Positions 31,636 to 45,765 of a DNA stretch of 64,000 bases are shown piece after piece. Source of the DNA: an uncultured Acidobacteriota bacterium (lineage in GTDB: Bacteria > Acidobacteriota > Vicinamibacteria > Vicinamibacterales > 2-12-FULL-66-21); the NCBI GenBank assembly GCA_963830815.1, contig CAWHNN010000022.1:25753-89752 (forward strand), given 5' to 3'. Below the pieces are notes generated by a model that saw only the letters and a list, made by a program, of their open reading frames with translations, was not told the DNA's origin and searched no databases. The position numbers and the translations under genes were made by a program. The stretch's first letter is position 1; every line of letters starts with the position of its first letter.

Positions 31636-32719
31636 ATGGTTGTGGTGATGAAGGAACGCGCGGAACGACGAGCAGGTGCAGAAGGTGATCGCCCAGCTCG
31701 TCGAGATGGGCTTCGACGTGCATCGCTCGACGGGCGCGCTCAAGACCGTCATCGGCGCGGTCGGCGGCAATCGACAGTTCGACACCGCGCTGATCGAGGT
31801 GATGGAGCGGCGTGCAGGAAGTCCACCGGATCACCGAGCCGTACAAGCTCGCCAGCCGCACGTTCCGTCCCGAGAATACCGTCATCACCATCGGCGACCT
31901 CCGCATCGGCGGCGACGAAGTCATCGTCATGGCCGGGCCCGTGCTCGGCTGAGACCGAAGAGCAGGTCGAAGCCACGGCCGCCGCGGTGAAGAACGGCGG
32001 GCGCGAAGGTGCTTCGCGGCGGCGCGTTCAAGCCGCGCAGCTCACCGTACAGCTTCCAGGGGCTCGGCGAGGAGGGCCTGCGGATGCTGCGTTCGGCGCG
32101 CCGATCGCCACAACCTCAAGCTCGTGTCCGAGGTGATGGACATCAGCCAGCTCGAGCTCATCGAGAAGTACTCGCACATCCTGCAGGTCGGCGCGCGCAA
32201 CATGCAGAACTTCACGCTGCTGCGCGAGCTCGGCCACGCCAAGCACGCCGGTGCTGCTTAAGCGCGGCATCTCGGCGACGATCGAAGAGTGGCTGCTGTC
32301 GGCCGAGTACATCCTGGCCGGCGGCAACATGAACGTGATGCTGTGCGAGCGCGGCATCCGCACGTTCGAGAGCTACACGCGCAACACGCTCGACATCTCG
32401 GCGATTCCGGTGGTGCAGCAGCTCTCGCACCTGCCGGTGCTCGCGGATCCGAGCCACGGCACGGGACGGCGCGACAAGGTGACGCCGATGGCGCGCGCGG
32501 CGGTGGCCGCGGGCGCCGATGGATTGATCATCGAGGTCCACAACGATCCGGATCGCGCGCTGCAGCGATGGCGCACAGTCGCTCTTCCCGGCGCAGTTCG
32601 ATCGCCTGATGGCCGAACTGCGGATCATCGCGCCGGCGATCGGGCGCAGCATCTGCCTCGAGCCGGTCAGCCGGCGTGGCTGGGGCACAGCTGAGGCAAT
32701 GTTGAATGCTGAATGCTGA
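31636..32719 (+). CDS. 3-deoxy-7-phosphoheptulonate (DAHP) synthase, type I-beta, with an N-terminal ferredoxin-like/ACT-like regulatory domain; at least five frame interruptions
   Basis: MVVVMKE...[20 protein letters not shown] (regulatory domain), [46 protein letters not shown] and [14 protein letters not shown]...[10 protein letters not shown]. The stop lies inside the heptamer repeat. Confidence 0.85.
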
Positions 32720-32774
32720 ATGCTGAATGAATTCAGCATTCACTTCAGCACTCAGCATTCAGCATTCAGCATTG
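32698..32774. repeat. imperfect palindrome built from tandem GAATGCT / AGCATTC heptamers (copy 1 of 2)
   Basis: AATGTT(GAATGCT)x3 GAATGA | ATTCAGCATTCACTTCAGCACTC(AGCATTC)x2 AGCATTG. Core stem TGCTGAAT-GA-ATTCAGCA at 32721..32738. AT-rich relative to its surroundings. A related copy lies at 45751..45832. Confidence 0.8.
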
Positions 32775-32777
32775 CAC

Positions 32778-33652
32778 ATGTTTCACAAGATCGCGATCGT
32801 CGGGCTTCGGGCTTATCGGCGGATCGGTCGCGCTGGCGCTGTCGTGAGGCCGCGGCCGGCGTGCCGGATCGTCGCGATCGATCGCGCGGCGGTCGTCTCG
32901 GAGGCGCTGGGCGCGGGCGCGGCTGACGCCGGAGGGGACGACCTCGCACTCGCGGACGGGGCCGATCTGATCGTGCTGGCAGCGCCGGTCCGGCAGAACA
33001 TCGGCCTGCTCGCACGATCTGCCGTCGTGCGTTCGCGGTAACGCGCTGGTCACGGATGTCGGCAGTACCAAGCGTGCCGATCGTCGCGGCCGCGAGCCAC
33101 CTGCCGCCGCGCCTGCGATTTGTCGGCGGGCATCCGCTCGCCGGCGCCGCTACTGGCGGCTTTGACGCCGCACGCGCCGATCTCTTTCGCGGCCGGCCGT
33201 GGATTTTGACGCCCGCACGGGACAGTCAGCGAGGGAGCGTGACGTCGAGCGGCTGACGGCATTCGTGTCGCAGTTCGGCGCGCTCCCGAAAGCGATGGAC
33301 GCCGATCGCGCACGATCGGCTGATGGCCTATATCAGCCACCTGCCGCAGCTCGCCGTCAGCGCGTTGATGCAGGTCGTCGGGGAGCGCGCCGGACGCGAG
33401 GGGCTGCGCCTGGCCGGGACGGGACTTGCGTGACACGACGCGGCTGGCGTCGAGCCCTGCTGGCACCTGGCGCGACGTCACCGCGACCAACGTCGACGCG
33501 CTGCGGCGCGGCCATCGACGACCTCACCCGGCCCTGCAGCGCCTGAAGACCGACTTCACGGACGGCCTGGAGCTGGAGCATGTGTTCGACGATGCCGCGT
33601 CCTGGAAGCGGACGCTCGACGAGTTCAGACGGACGAGCGCGGCGAATCATGA
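32778..33652 (+). CDS. tyrA: prephenate/arogenate dehydrogenase; at least six frame interruptions
   Basis: MFHKIAIVGL, then (skipping c32808) GLIGGSVALAL, which restores the GxGxxG motif. Further segments: RIVAIDR...ADLIVLAAPV, VTDVGSTK, FVGGHPLAG, ISHLPQLAVSALM and GLRDTTRLASS. Confidence 0.85.
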
Positions 33653-34217
33653 GGCGGAAGGTCATGGCCACGCGCACGTATCTCGAGATGACGGACCGGT
33701 CGCGCGCTGCGCCCTGGCGCGGGTGCCGGTGAGCACCATTGCAGGTGACGCACGCCGCGAGCCTTGCGAGCCCGAATTCTGGCGCTACCTGTATTCGACC
33801 GTCGGTGAGGCCTATCGCTGGGTGGACCGGCTGCCATGGTCCGAGGACGAGATCCGCGCCTACCTCGACGATCCGGCCGTATCGCTGTGGGTGATGACAG
33901 TGGACGATGCCATCGCCGGCTATTTCGAGCTGCGCATGCGAACGAGGACGCGAGCATGGAGATCGTCTATTTCGGGCTGCTGCCGCAGTTCACCGGACGC
34001 GGACTCGGCGGATTTCTGCTGACCGGGCCGTCGAGCGCGCATGGACCGCCGGCGCTCGCCGGGTCTGGTTGCACACGTGCAGCTTCGATCACCCGCTGGC
34101 CGTCGCCGAACTACACTGGCCCGCGGCTTCGCGATCTTCAAGACCGAGCAGTCACGTCGCACAGGCCCCGCCAGCCGCCAGCACCGCCCGGATCTGACCT
34201 GCATCCGACCCGGCTAG
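33649..34217 (+). CDS. GNAT family N-acetyltransferase; at least three frame interruptions; 3' end uncertain
   Basis: The ATG forms an ATGA overlap with the best tyrA stop. Segments: EFWRYLYSTVGEAYRWVDRL, MEIVYFGLLPQFTGRGLGGFLL (acetyl-CoA-binding Q/RxxGxG-like motif) and RVWLHTCSFDHP. Confidence 0.6.
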
Positions 34218-34237
34218 AGTCTCCGTCATGATCGCAC

Positions 34238-36181
<1,944 letters not shown>

Positions 36182-36192
<11 letters not shown>

Positions 36193-37399
36193 CGGCGCCG
36201 AGCAAGCCGCGCCCTGCGAGGTTCTGCATCAGCGCCGTCGTCCCGAACGTCCACGGCGCGATCTTGTCGGTGTGATTGACGCGGTTCACGAGCGCGCCGA
36301 GCCGCGGCGTCGTGACGGTGACGATGTCGCCGACGACGTGGGTGAAGCCCTTGCCCGGGGCGAAGCGATCGAGCGTTGGCGCGAACATCGTTCCGAGGAA
36401 CAGCAGCAGCCCGTCCGGGTACTGGTGATTCGGGCCGATCGTGTGCTCGACGATCTCGAGCGGATCGCGGCTGATCTGCGACATCGAGCTCTTGCCGGTA
36501 AAGGCGAACCCATCGGGACCGTGCATGTGCAGCGCGAGGTCGCACTGCCGCACATCGTCCATGGTGAACTGCTCGTCGAAGAGCCGGATGAACGGACCGA
36601 TGGCACAGGACGCGTTGTTGTCTTTCGCTTTGCCCAGCAGTAACGCACTGCGGCCTTCGAAGTCGCGCAGGTTGACGTCGTTGCCAAGCGTCGCGCCGAC
36701 GACGCGGCCGGTGGTGATTCACTGCCAGGACGATTTCCGGCTCCGGGTTGTTCCACTCCGACTTCGGATGGATGCCGACTTCCGCGCCCGTGCCGACGGC
36801 GGACATCGGCTGACGCCTTGGAGAAGATCTCCGCGTCGGGACCGATGCCGACCTCGAGGTACTGCGACCACACGCCTTGCGCGATGAGCACGTCCTTGAG
36901 CCGCCGCGCTTCGTCCGAGCCAGGGCGGACGCGCTGCAGGTTGTCGCCGATGATGGCCGTGATCGACTGCGCGCAGGCCCTCGGCCTTCGCCGCGTCGCC
37001 ACGTGCCTGTTCTTCGATGACCCGCTCGAGCAGGCTGGCGACGAACGTCACGCCGCTGGCCTTGATCGCCTGGAGATCGCACGGCGCGAGCAGGTACGGC
37101 AGCGTCGGACACCGGCGGCCGCCGCGGCTGAGTTCGCCAGGACGTTGAGCCGAGCTCCGCGATCCGGGGCAGCGGAGCCCGCACTTCTGAATCGCACGCG
37201 ATCGGATCGTCGAGATTGAAGAGCTGACTGGCCGTTGCGGCGACGGCTCGACAGATCGTCGAGGTGGCCGCCGCGCACGCGGACGAGCGTCGGGCCCTCG
37301 CACGGCCGGCTTCCAGATGCGGCCGATGAGCTCGGCCTTGTCGATGATCTTCCGGCAGCGCTTTCTCGACGTCAACCACTCCGTCAACGTGTGCTTCAC
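36182..37399 (-). CDS. fumarylacetoacetate hydrolase (FAH) family protein, candidate 2-keto-3-deoxy-pentonate dehydratase (XylX-like); at least four frame interruptions
   Basis: GTG at 37399, 7 nt after the upstream dehydratase stop. Segments: [60 protein letters not shown], and an intact C-terminal ORF of 126 aa ([21 protein letters not shown]...[20 protein letters not shown]). Confidence 0.7.
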
Positions 37400-37406
37400 G
37401 TTCGCG

Positions 37407-39381
37407 TCATCCTTCGAGGGCCCTCCTGCCAGCTGCCAGAGCTTTCACGATGGCGTCGACGTCGAACACGCACCCGCCCCACGTGCCCCCGCTGGCGTCC
37501 TGCAGCGCCGCCCACAGCCGTGTGTCGTCGGGAAGCGCCGGATCGGGCGCGAGGTCGGATCTGGCGGCCGACGGCTGGCGAGCAGCGCGCTCCCAGCCTC
37601 GACGCCGGCGAGCACGCCGTTTTCGCCGACCAGGTCGACCGAGCCTTCGAGCTTGACCCGATCGACCACGATCTGGACGAGGTCGCCGTCACGGAGCTTT
37701 CCGATCGGACCGCCCGCCAGCGCCTCCGGCGAGACGTGGCCGATGCAGGCGCCAGTCGAAACGCCGCTGAAGCGCGCGTCGGTCAGGATGGCGACGTGCT
37801 TGCCGAACGGGCAGATAGCGCAGCGCCGATGTGAGCTGATAGGTCTCTTCCATCCCCGCGCCCATCGGGCCGCGGCAGATGAGCACGAGGACGTCACCGG
37901 CCTGGATGCGCCCTTCCTTGATCGCCGCCATTGCCGCTGGCTCGGTGGTGAACACCTGCGCCGGTCCGGTGAATCGATAGACGCCATCAGGCGACGAGCA
38001 CCGACGGATCAATCGCCGTGCTCTTGATGACCGCGCCCTCGGGAGCCAGGTTGCCGATGGGGAAGCAGACCGTGGACGTCAGGCCGCGCGCCGCCGCGAC
38101 ATCCGGCGCCATGATCACGTCGTCGGCATTCGACGCCGTCTCGCGCTGAGAGCTCGGCGCGAAGCGCGGCGGCGGCGATCGGACGACTCCCACTCGTCGA
38201 GCTGCTCGCCAAGCGTGACGCCGCTTGCCGTCAGCGCTCCGGTCTCGAGCAGTCCCGCGCGGCGCAGGTGGAGCATGACTTCGGGAACGCCGCCGGCCAG
38301 GAACACCTGGATCGTCGGATGGTGCCGCGGTCCGTTCGGCAGCGCGTCGACTATGCGCGGCACGCGGCGGTTGATGTCGGTCCAGTCGCGTGCGGTCGGC
38401 CGGCGCAGACCCGCGGCGTGCGCGATCGCCGGGCAGGTGCAGGATCAGGTTCGTCGAGCCGCCAAACGCCGCGTGCGTCACCATCGCGTTGTGCATCGCG
38501 GCGTCGGTCAGGATGTCTTTCATCCTGATGCCGCGTCTGCTCGAGCGCCATCAGCGCGCGGGCGGACCGTCGCGCCATGTCCAGCCAGATGGGATGCCCG
38601 GACGGGCGCGAGCGCAGAGTGGCCCAGCGACATGCCGAGCGCTTCGCCGATCACCTGCGACGTCGCCGCCGTGCCGAGGAACTGGCAGCCGCCGCCGGGT
38701 GAGGCGCAGGCGCGGCACCCGAGCTCGGATGCTTCCTCGAGCGAGAGCTCGCCGTGCACGAAGCGCACGCCAATCGTCTGCACGCGTCCGGCGTCGTCGC
38801 CTTCGACGGGCAGGAGCGTCACGCCTCCCGGAACGAGCACGCAGGGAAGATCGTGGCTCCCGGCGAGCGCCATCATCATCGCCGGCAGGCCCTTGTCGCA
38901 CGTCGCGACGCCGAGGACGCCGCTACGCGTCGGGAGCGACCGAATCAGTCGTCGGAAGACCGTCGCCGCATCGTTGCGGTAGGCAAGGCTGTCGAACATG
39001 GCCGGCGTGCCCTGCGATCGGCCATCGCAGGGATCGGTGCAGGACGCGGCGAACGGAACGGCGCCGCGCGCTCTTGAACTCGCGCGCTGCAGCCTCCATC
39101 AGCAGGCCGACTTCCCAGTGCCCGGTGTGGTATCCGAGGGCGATCGGCGTGCCGTCGGGCGCGCGGATGCCGCCGTGCGTCGACAGGATCAGGAACTCCT
39201 TGCCGCCGATCGCGGCCGGCTCCCAGCCCATCCCGGCGTTCTGCGTCCAGCCGAAGACGTCACCCGACGGACGCGAGCGCAGCATCTCTGCCGTCAGGGG
39301 CAACGCCCCTGCCGGGCCGGCAACGTGCGTCGCGATCTCGTAGAGCGAGGGATCGGTGGTATCGAACTGTTTGAAACTCAC
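37407..39381 (-). CDS. IlvD/Edd family sugar-acid dehydratase (xylonate/arabinonate dehydratase-like); at least five frame interruptions
   Basis: N-terminus [20 protein letters not shown]...[20 protein letters not shown]. Further segments: [32 protein letters not shown], and the C-terminus [31 protein letters not shown] ending at the TGA at 37409..37407. Confidence 0.8.
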
Positions 39382-39591
39382 GATGGCTCAACTGACAGGA
39401 ACGAGGACATCCCGACGAGGGTAGCAGACAGGCTGCGTCTTTTCGTGGTACGCTTTCGCGCGGCGACCTTGTTCGAGTCGCAAACAATATCAATCGGGTC
39501 GAGCAGCATGCAAGTTGTTCAGGCTCCGCGTGCGTGTTCACGCCCTGACCGCCGATGCCGTGCGCGCCTGGCTCTGACACAAGGAAGGTTC

Positions 39592-40629
39592 ATGCGACCG
39601 GAGCAGTGGGACACATTCAAGCGGGCGGCGCGTCTGGAAAAGCTCGACAAGATCCCGATGGCCCTCATCGTCGACAGTCCATGGATTCCCGGCTACCTCG
39701 GGATCAAGCACATGGACTACTACCTCGATCCCGAACTGTGGTTCCAGTCGAACCTCAAGATCATGCGGGAATACCCGGACGTGATCATGGTGCCGTCGTG
39801 GTGGATGGAATACGGCATGGCCGCCGAGCCGTCGGTCCTCGGCGCCAAGATCAAATTCTGGCAGGACAACACGCCGAGCGAGTATCACACGCTCTATCGT
39901 CTCGAGGACATCGACCAGTTCCCGGAGTACGAGGTCGAAGCCGACGCGTTCGCGGCGATGACACTGCACCGGATCGGGATGCACAAGCAGCGCATCCTCG
40001 ATGAAGGCTACATCCTGCCGATGGTGACCTCCCGCGGCCCGCTGTGCACGGCGGGCTTCGTGCGCAGCACCACGAACCTGATGATCGAGCTGGTGGAGAA
40101 TCCTGACGGCTGCCACAAGCTGATCGACCTGTGCACGCGCGTCATCATCGACTGGCTCAAGGCCCAGCACAAGGTGATGGGCGATACCGTCGAAGGCATC
40201 TTCATCCTCGACGACATCGTCGGCTTCATCAACGAGGAGCACTACAAGGAGTTCGCCCACCCGTATCTCAAGCGCATCTGCGATGCCTTTCCCGACGACT
40301 GGGTGAAGGTCTACCACAACGATGCCGAAGTCGACGCCTGCCTCGACCATCTGCCGGACGCCGGCTTCAACGTCCTCAACTGGGGCAAGCAGAAGGACAT
40401 CCGCGAGGTGAAGGCGCGCGTCGGCAAGCGCATGTGCCTGATGGGGAACGTCAATCCTCTCGAAATCGCGGTTCGCGGCACGCCCGGCGGAAGTGCGCGC
40501 CGCGACGCTCGACGTGCTGGAGGGTTCGGGCGGCGAGGGGATCATCCTTTCGGTCGGCGGCGGCGTGAGCCCGGGCATGCCCGGCGAGAACGTGCGCGCG
40601 ATGCTCGAAGCGCTCGAGACCTTCAATAG
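39592..40629 (+). CDS. uroporphyrinogen decarboxylase (URO-D) superfamily protein, MtaA/CmuA/O-demethylase methyltransferase-like rather than HemE; one or two frame interruptions near the 3' end
   Basis: About 300 aa are uninterrupted: MRPEQWDTFKRAARLEKLDKIPMALIVDSPWIPGYLG...ILDDIVGFINEEHYKEFAHPYLKRI...MGNVNPLEI, then GIILSVGGGVSPGMPGENVRAMLEAL in the next frame. It lacks the HemE N-terminal PVWxMRQAGRY motif. Confidence 0.7.
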   Translation: MRPEQWDTFKRAARLEKLDKIPMALIVDSPWIPGYLGIKHMDYYLDPELWFQSNLKIMREYPDVIMVPSWWMEYGMAAEPSVLGAKIKFWQDNTPSEYHTLYRLEDIDQFPEYEVEADAFAAMTLHRIGMHKQRILDEGYILPMVTSRGPLCTAGFVRSTTNLMIELVENPDGCHKLIDLCTRVIIDWLKAQHKVMGDTVEGIFILDDIVGFINEEHYKEFAHPYLKRICDAFPDDWVKVYHNDAEVDACLDHLPDAGFNVLNWGKQKDIREVKARVGKRMCLMGNVNPLEIAVRGTPGGSARRDARRAGGFGRRGDHPFGRRRREPGHARRERARDARSARDLQ

Positions 40630-40636
40630 CCGCTCG

Positions 40637-41925
40637 ATGATCCGCGCGTATCCGAGGTCTCCGCTGGTGGATGATCAGCCTGCTGATGCTGGGCGCGATC
40701 ATCAACTACCTCACGCGCAGCACGCTGGCGGTCGCGGCGCCGACCGATCATGGGCGATCTCGGGATCACGACGCGCCAGTATTCCTGGATTGTCGGTGCC
40801 TTCCAGGGCGCCATCATGCTGCAGCCGATCTGCGGCTACGTCATGGACGTCATCGGCCTCAAGTTCGGCTTCGCATTCTTTGCCCTCTCGTGGTCGGTCA
40901 TCAGCATGGCCCATGGCCTGGCCGGCAGCTGGACGGCGCTCTTCTGGCTGCGCGGGCTCCTCGGGCTCGCTGAGGGTTCGGCCAATCCCGCCGGGATGAA
41001 GGCCACATCCGAATGGTTCCCGGCACAGGAGCGGGGCCTCGCGGGAGGCGTCTTCAATATCGGCGCATCTTTCGGCTCGATGCTGGCGCCGCCGCTCGTG
41101 GCATGGGCGATCATCGCTCACAGCTGGCAGGCGGCGTTCGTGCTGACGGGTGCGCTCGGCCTCGTGTGGGTGGTGTTGTGGCTCTGGCTCTATCATCCGC
41201 CGGCGACGCATCCCGCGCTTTCGGAGACGGAACGGCAGCACATCCTGTCGGGGCAGGAGCAGCACCTCAAGAGTGATGGCCGCGCCCATCGATCGGCAGG
41301 ATTCTCACGCAACGCAACTTCTGGGGGATCGCCCTGCCACGATTCCTGGCCGATCCGACCTGGGGCACGCTGACGTTCTGGCTGCCGCTGTATCTCACGA
41401 CCGTGCGGCACTTCGACCTCAAACAGATTGCGCTCTTCGCGTGGCTGCCGTTCCTGGCGGCCGATCTCGGGTGCCTGTGCGGCGGGACCATCAGCCTGGC
41501 GCTCCAGAAGCGCTTCGGCATGAGCCTCATCAACGCCCGCCGCAGCGCGTTCACGGTCGGGGCATGTCTGATGGTGGGCGTGGCGTTTGTCGGGTTCGTC
41601 GACAGTCCCTACGTGGCGATCGCGCTCCTCAGCCTGGCCGGCTTCGCGCACCAGACGCTGTCGGTCACCGTCATCACGATGTCGTCGGATCTTTTCAAGC
41701 GCAACGAGGTCGCCACCGTCGCCGGCATGGCTGGTACCTGCGGCAACGCTGGGGTCCTGATCTTCTCGCTCCTCATCGGGTCGCTCGTCGACCAGCATCG
41801 GGTACTCGCCGTTCTTCGTCGGCCTGGCGGCGCTCGATCTGCTGGGCGCCGTCCTTCTGTGGACGCTCGTGCGCGAGCCTCGCCCGTCGGGACCGGCCAG
41901 CAGTCCGGCGGCGGCTGTCGCCTGA
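40637..41925 (+). CDS. exuT: MFS transporter, hexuronate (ExuT-like, ACS family); at least three frame interruptions
   Basis: [109 protein letters not shown] and [18 protein letters not shown]. Confidence 0.8.
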
Positions 41926-41929
41926 TCCC

Positions 41930-43603
41930 ATGGCCTCGCCACGCCGCGTCATCCGCAATCCGATTCTCCGCGGGCTTCAATCCCGATCCGTCCATCGTCA
42001 GGGTCGGCGACGACTACTACATCGCGACTTCGACGTTCGAGTGGTTCCCCGGCGTCCAGATTCACCACTCGCGGGATCTCGTCCACTGGCGTCTCCTGAC
42101 GCGACCGCTGACGCGCGCCAGCCAGCTGAACATGCTCGGCGATCCGGACTCGTGCGGCGTCTGGGCGCCGTGCCTGACATACGCCGATGGCCTCTTCCAT
42201 CTGATCTACACCGACGTCAAGCGCTACGGCCGCACGTCACAAGCCGGCGCCGCCGGCGCGTCGCTCCGCGATTTCCACAACTACCTCGTCACGAGCGCTC
42301 GTATCGACGGGGACTGGTCCGATCCTGTCTACTTGAACAGCAGCGGCTTCGACCCGTCGCTTTTTCACGACGACGATGGGCGCAAGTATCTCGCTGAACA
42401 TGTTGTGGGACCACCGCCCGGGTCAGAATCGCTTCGCCGGCATCGTGCTCCAGGAGTACTCGGCCTCCGAGCGGCGGCTGGTCGGTGACCGCAGAGTGAT
42501 TTTCGAAGGCACCTCGATCGGCTTCACCGAGGCGCCGCACGTCTACAAGCGCAACGGTTACTACTACCTGATCACCGCGGAGGGGGGAACGGGCTGGGGG
42601 CATGCCGTGACGATGGCGCGCTCGCGCAGTCTTCTCGGACCGTATGAGCTGCACCCCGACACCTACATCCTGACGCGCACGCCACCGGCCGGACGTCGAG
42701 CTCCAGCGGGCGGGGCATGCGGACCTGGTCGAGACGCAAAGCGGAGAAACATTCATGGTTTACCTCTGTGGCCGGCCACTTCGTAATCGCGGCCGGTGCG
42801 TGCTTGGTCGCGAGACAGCCATCCAGCGGATGGCGTGGTCCGCCGACGACTGGCTGCGCACTGAGGACGGGCAGGGGATTCCCGTCAGCGAGGTGACGGC
42901 GCCCGCGCTCCCGCCACACCCGTTTCCGAGCGATGCACCTGCGCGAAGACTTCGATGGGCCGCGACTGCCGACGGCCTTTCAATGGCTGCGCTCGCCATT
43001 TCCGGACGAGCTCTTCAGCCTGGCCGCCCGTCCCGGCCACCTTCGACTGTACGGGCGAGAAACCATCGGCAGTCAGTTTCGCCAGGCTCTCGTCGCACGT
43101 CGTCAACAGGCGTTCTGCTACAGCGCCGCGACGGCTGTCGAGGTAGAGCCGCAGCACTTCCAGCAGATGGCGGGTCTCGTCTGTTACTACAACAGCAGCA
43201 AGTTCCACTACCTCCACATCTCTCACGACCCGGCTGTCGGCAAACACGTGCGCGTCATGAGCTGCCTGCCTGACCAGGTTCAGTCCGACGCTTTCACGGC
43301 GCCGATCGCGATTCCTTCGGACCGTCGCGTGCACCTGAGAGTCGAAGTAGATTACGAACGCCTCCGCTTCGCCTATCGGGTCGAAGGCAGCGCCTGGCAG
43401 TGGCTGCCGCAGCAGTTCGACACGAGTATCCTCTCCGACGAAGCCACGGCCCCGGGACTGCCGAACTTTACCGGAGCGTTCGTGGGGATGGCCTGTCAGG
43501 ACATGGCGGGAACCGGGCATGCCCGCCGATTTCGACTACTTCGAATATCAGGAACGCGACTACCGGCAAGATCCCGCTCCGATTTCCTTATCGCTGCGAG
43601 TAG
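41930..43603 (+). CDS. glycoside hydrolase family 43 beta-xylosidase/alpha-L-arabinofuranosidase (XynB-like); at least four frame interruptions; 3' end uncertain
   Basis: [92 protein letters not shown], and a C-terminal beta-sandwich domain ([15 protein letters not shown]...[12 protein letters not shown]). Confidence 0.85.
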
Positions 43604-43627
43604 TCACCCGGCGTTGGAGGCGCACCG

Positions 43628-45765
43628 ATGGAGTTTTCGCGCAGAGATTTCGTCTCGACGGGACTGGCCGGAGCGGCAGGCATGCTTGCATCGAAGGCGA
43701 CGGCCGTTCATCTGAGCGCAGCCCCCCGCAGTTGGCCGACGAAGACGGCTACAAACTGTGGCTGCGGTTCGCGCCGCCGGGTGACGCTGCGACGCAGTAT
43801 CGCCAGGCCATTCGACAGATCGTCGTCGCGGGCACGTCGCCAACCTCCCGCATCATCAGGGACGAACTGACGGCGGCGACGACAGCGATGTTCGGCAGTG
43901 CTGTGCCCGTAACCGAGGCGGCGCAATTGCCAGCCGTCATCGTCGGGACGCCAAAAACGTCGTCAGTGATTCGCGATCTGAAGTGGGATGCTGAGCTGAC
44001 GAAGCTCGGTGGGGAAGGGTATCGCATCAGAACCGTTCGCCTGGCCAATCAGCCGACGGTGGTCGTTGCGTCCGAGGGCGACATCGGCGCCCTCTATGGC
44101 ACGTATCACTTCCTGCGGTTACTGCAGATCGGCAGTCCCATCGATAGGCTGGACGTCACGGAGCGGCCGAAGGTTCAGCTCCGGATGCTGAACCACTGGG
44201 ACAACATGGACGGCACGATCGAGCGCGGCTACGCCGGGCCGATCGCTCTGGCAGTGGAGCGAGTTACCCGGCACCCTCAGCCCGCGCTACGTCGACTATG
44301 CGCGGGCGAACGCGTCGATCGGCATCAACTGCACGGTCGTCAACAGCGTCAACGCCAACGCCATCATCCTGACGCCGGAGTACCTGCCGAAGGTGGCGGC
44401 CCTGGCGGACCTGTGGCGGCCGTATGGGCTGCGCGTCTATCTGTCTGCAAACTTCGCGGCGCCGATGAGGATCGGCGGCCTGAAGACGGCAGATCCGCTC
44501 GACCCAGGCGTCATCGCGTGGTGGAAGGCCAAGGCCGGCGAGATCTACAAGCTGATTCCTGATTTCGGCGGATTTCTCGTCAAGGCAAATTCTGAAGGCC
44601 AGCCCGGTCCCAAGGACTACGGCCGCAATCACGCCGAAGGCGCGAATTGTCTCGCCGACGCCGTCGCCGCAAACGGCGGCAACGTCATCTGGCGGGCGTT
44701 CATCTACGACGAAGACGTCGATCCCGACCGCGCCAAGCGTGCCTACATCGAGTTCACGAAGCTCGACGGCCAGTTCAAGCCGAACGTCCTCGTCCAGGTC
44801 AAGAACGGCGCCATCGACTTCATGCCACGCGAGCCGTTCCATCCGCTCTTCGGCGCGCTGAACAAGACGCCGGTCGTTGCCGAGATCCAGGCCACCCAGG
44901 AATACCTGGGCCAGGCCAAACACCTCGTCTATCTCGGGACGATGTGGGAAGAGTTTCTCGAGGCGGACACTTACGCGAAGGGCAAGGGATCAACAGTCGG
45001 GAAGGTGCTCGAGGGCAACGTGCATCCCTCAGCGAGTCACGGGAATCGTGTCCGTGCTCAACCCCGGCCTCGACCGCAACTGGTGCGGGCATCACTTCTC
45101 TCAGTCCAACTGGTACGCGAGCGGGCGGCTGGCATGGAACCCCGAGCTCTCGGCGCAGCAGGTTGCTGACGAGTGGACCCGGATGACGTTCAGCAACGAC
45201 GCCAAGCACCGTCGAGACGATCCGGACGATGATGATGGGCTCGCGCGAGGCGTTCGTGAACTACACGATGCCGCTCGGCCTGCATCACCTCATCGGCGGC
45301 AACCACTACGCGCCGATGCCCGACAACGCCAAGGCGCCGCGCGCCGACTGGACGGCCACCTACTACCATCAGGCGTCAGCCGAAGGCGTCGGCTTCGACC
45401 GCACGATGCGCGGCAACAAAGCCGTCGGCCAGTACTTTCCACCTGTGCGCGACATGTTCGACAGCCTCGACACCTGTCCCGAGATGTTCCTGCTGTGGTT
45501 TCACCGCTGCTCGTGGGATTACAAGCTCAAGTCCGGCAAGACGCTGTGGGCAGGATTGTGCGAGAAGTACCCGGAAGGGGCCCGGCAGGCGGCGGCCATG
45601 CAGTCAACGTGGCAGTCGCTGGCGGGGAAGATCGATCCGCAACGCCATCGCGAAGTCGCCGAGCGCCTGGCGATCCAGGTCGCGGACGCCAACAAATGGA
45701 GCGGAGAGATCCTGCGCTACTTCCAGACCTTCAGCAAACTGCCGATCAGCAATGCTGAAGTCTGA
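43628..45765 (+). CDS. aguA: glycoside hydrolase family 67 alpha-glucuronidase with a twin-arginine signal; at least four frame interruptions
   Basis: Tat motif [21 protein letters not shown]. Further segments: [74 protein letters not shown], and an intact C-terminal ORF of 178 aa. Confidence 0.85.

Noticed and set aside
32698-32774. Possible CRISPR array, or protein-coding low-complexity repeats ([10 protein letters not shown]...).
   Set aside because: The repeat unit is only 7 nt, with no spacers, and is arranged as an inverted pair. The small ORFs through it exist on both strands and in several frames, and are translation artefacts of the repeat.
39592-40629. Annotating the URO-D-superfamily gene as hemE (haem biosynthesis).
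   Set aside because: It lacks the HemE N-terminal PVWxMRQAGRY-type motif and has no haem-pathway neighbours. The sequence resembles the methylcobamide/O-demethylase methyltransferase branch instead.
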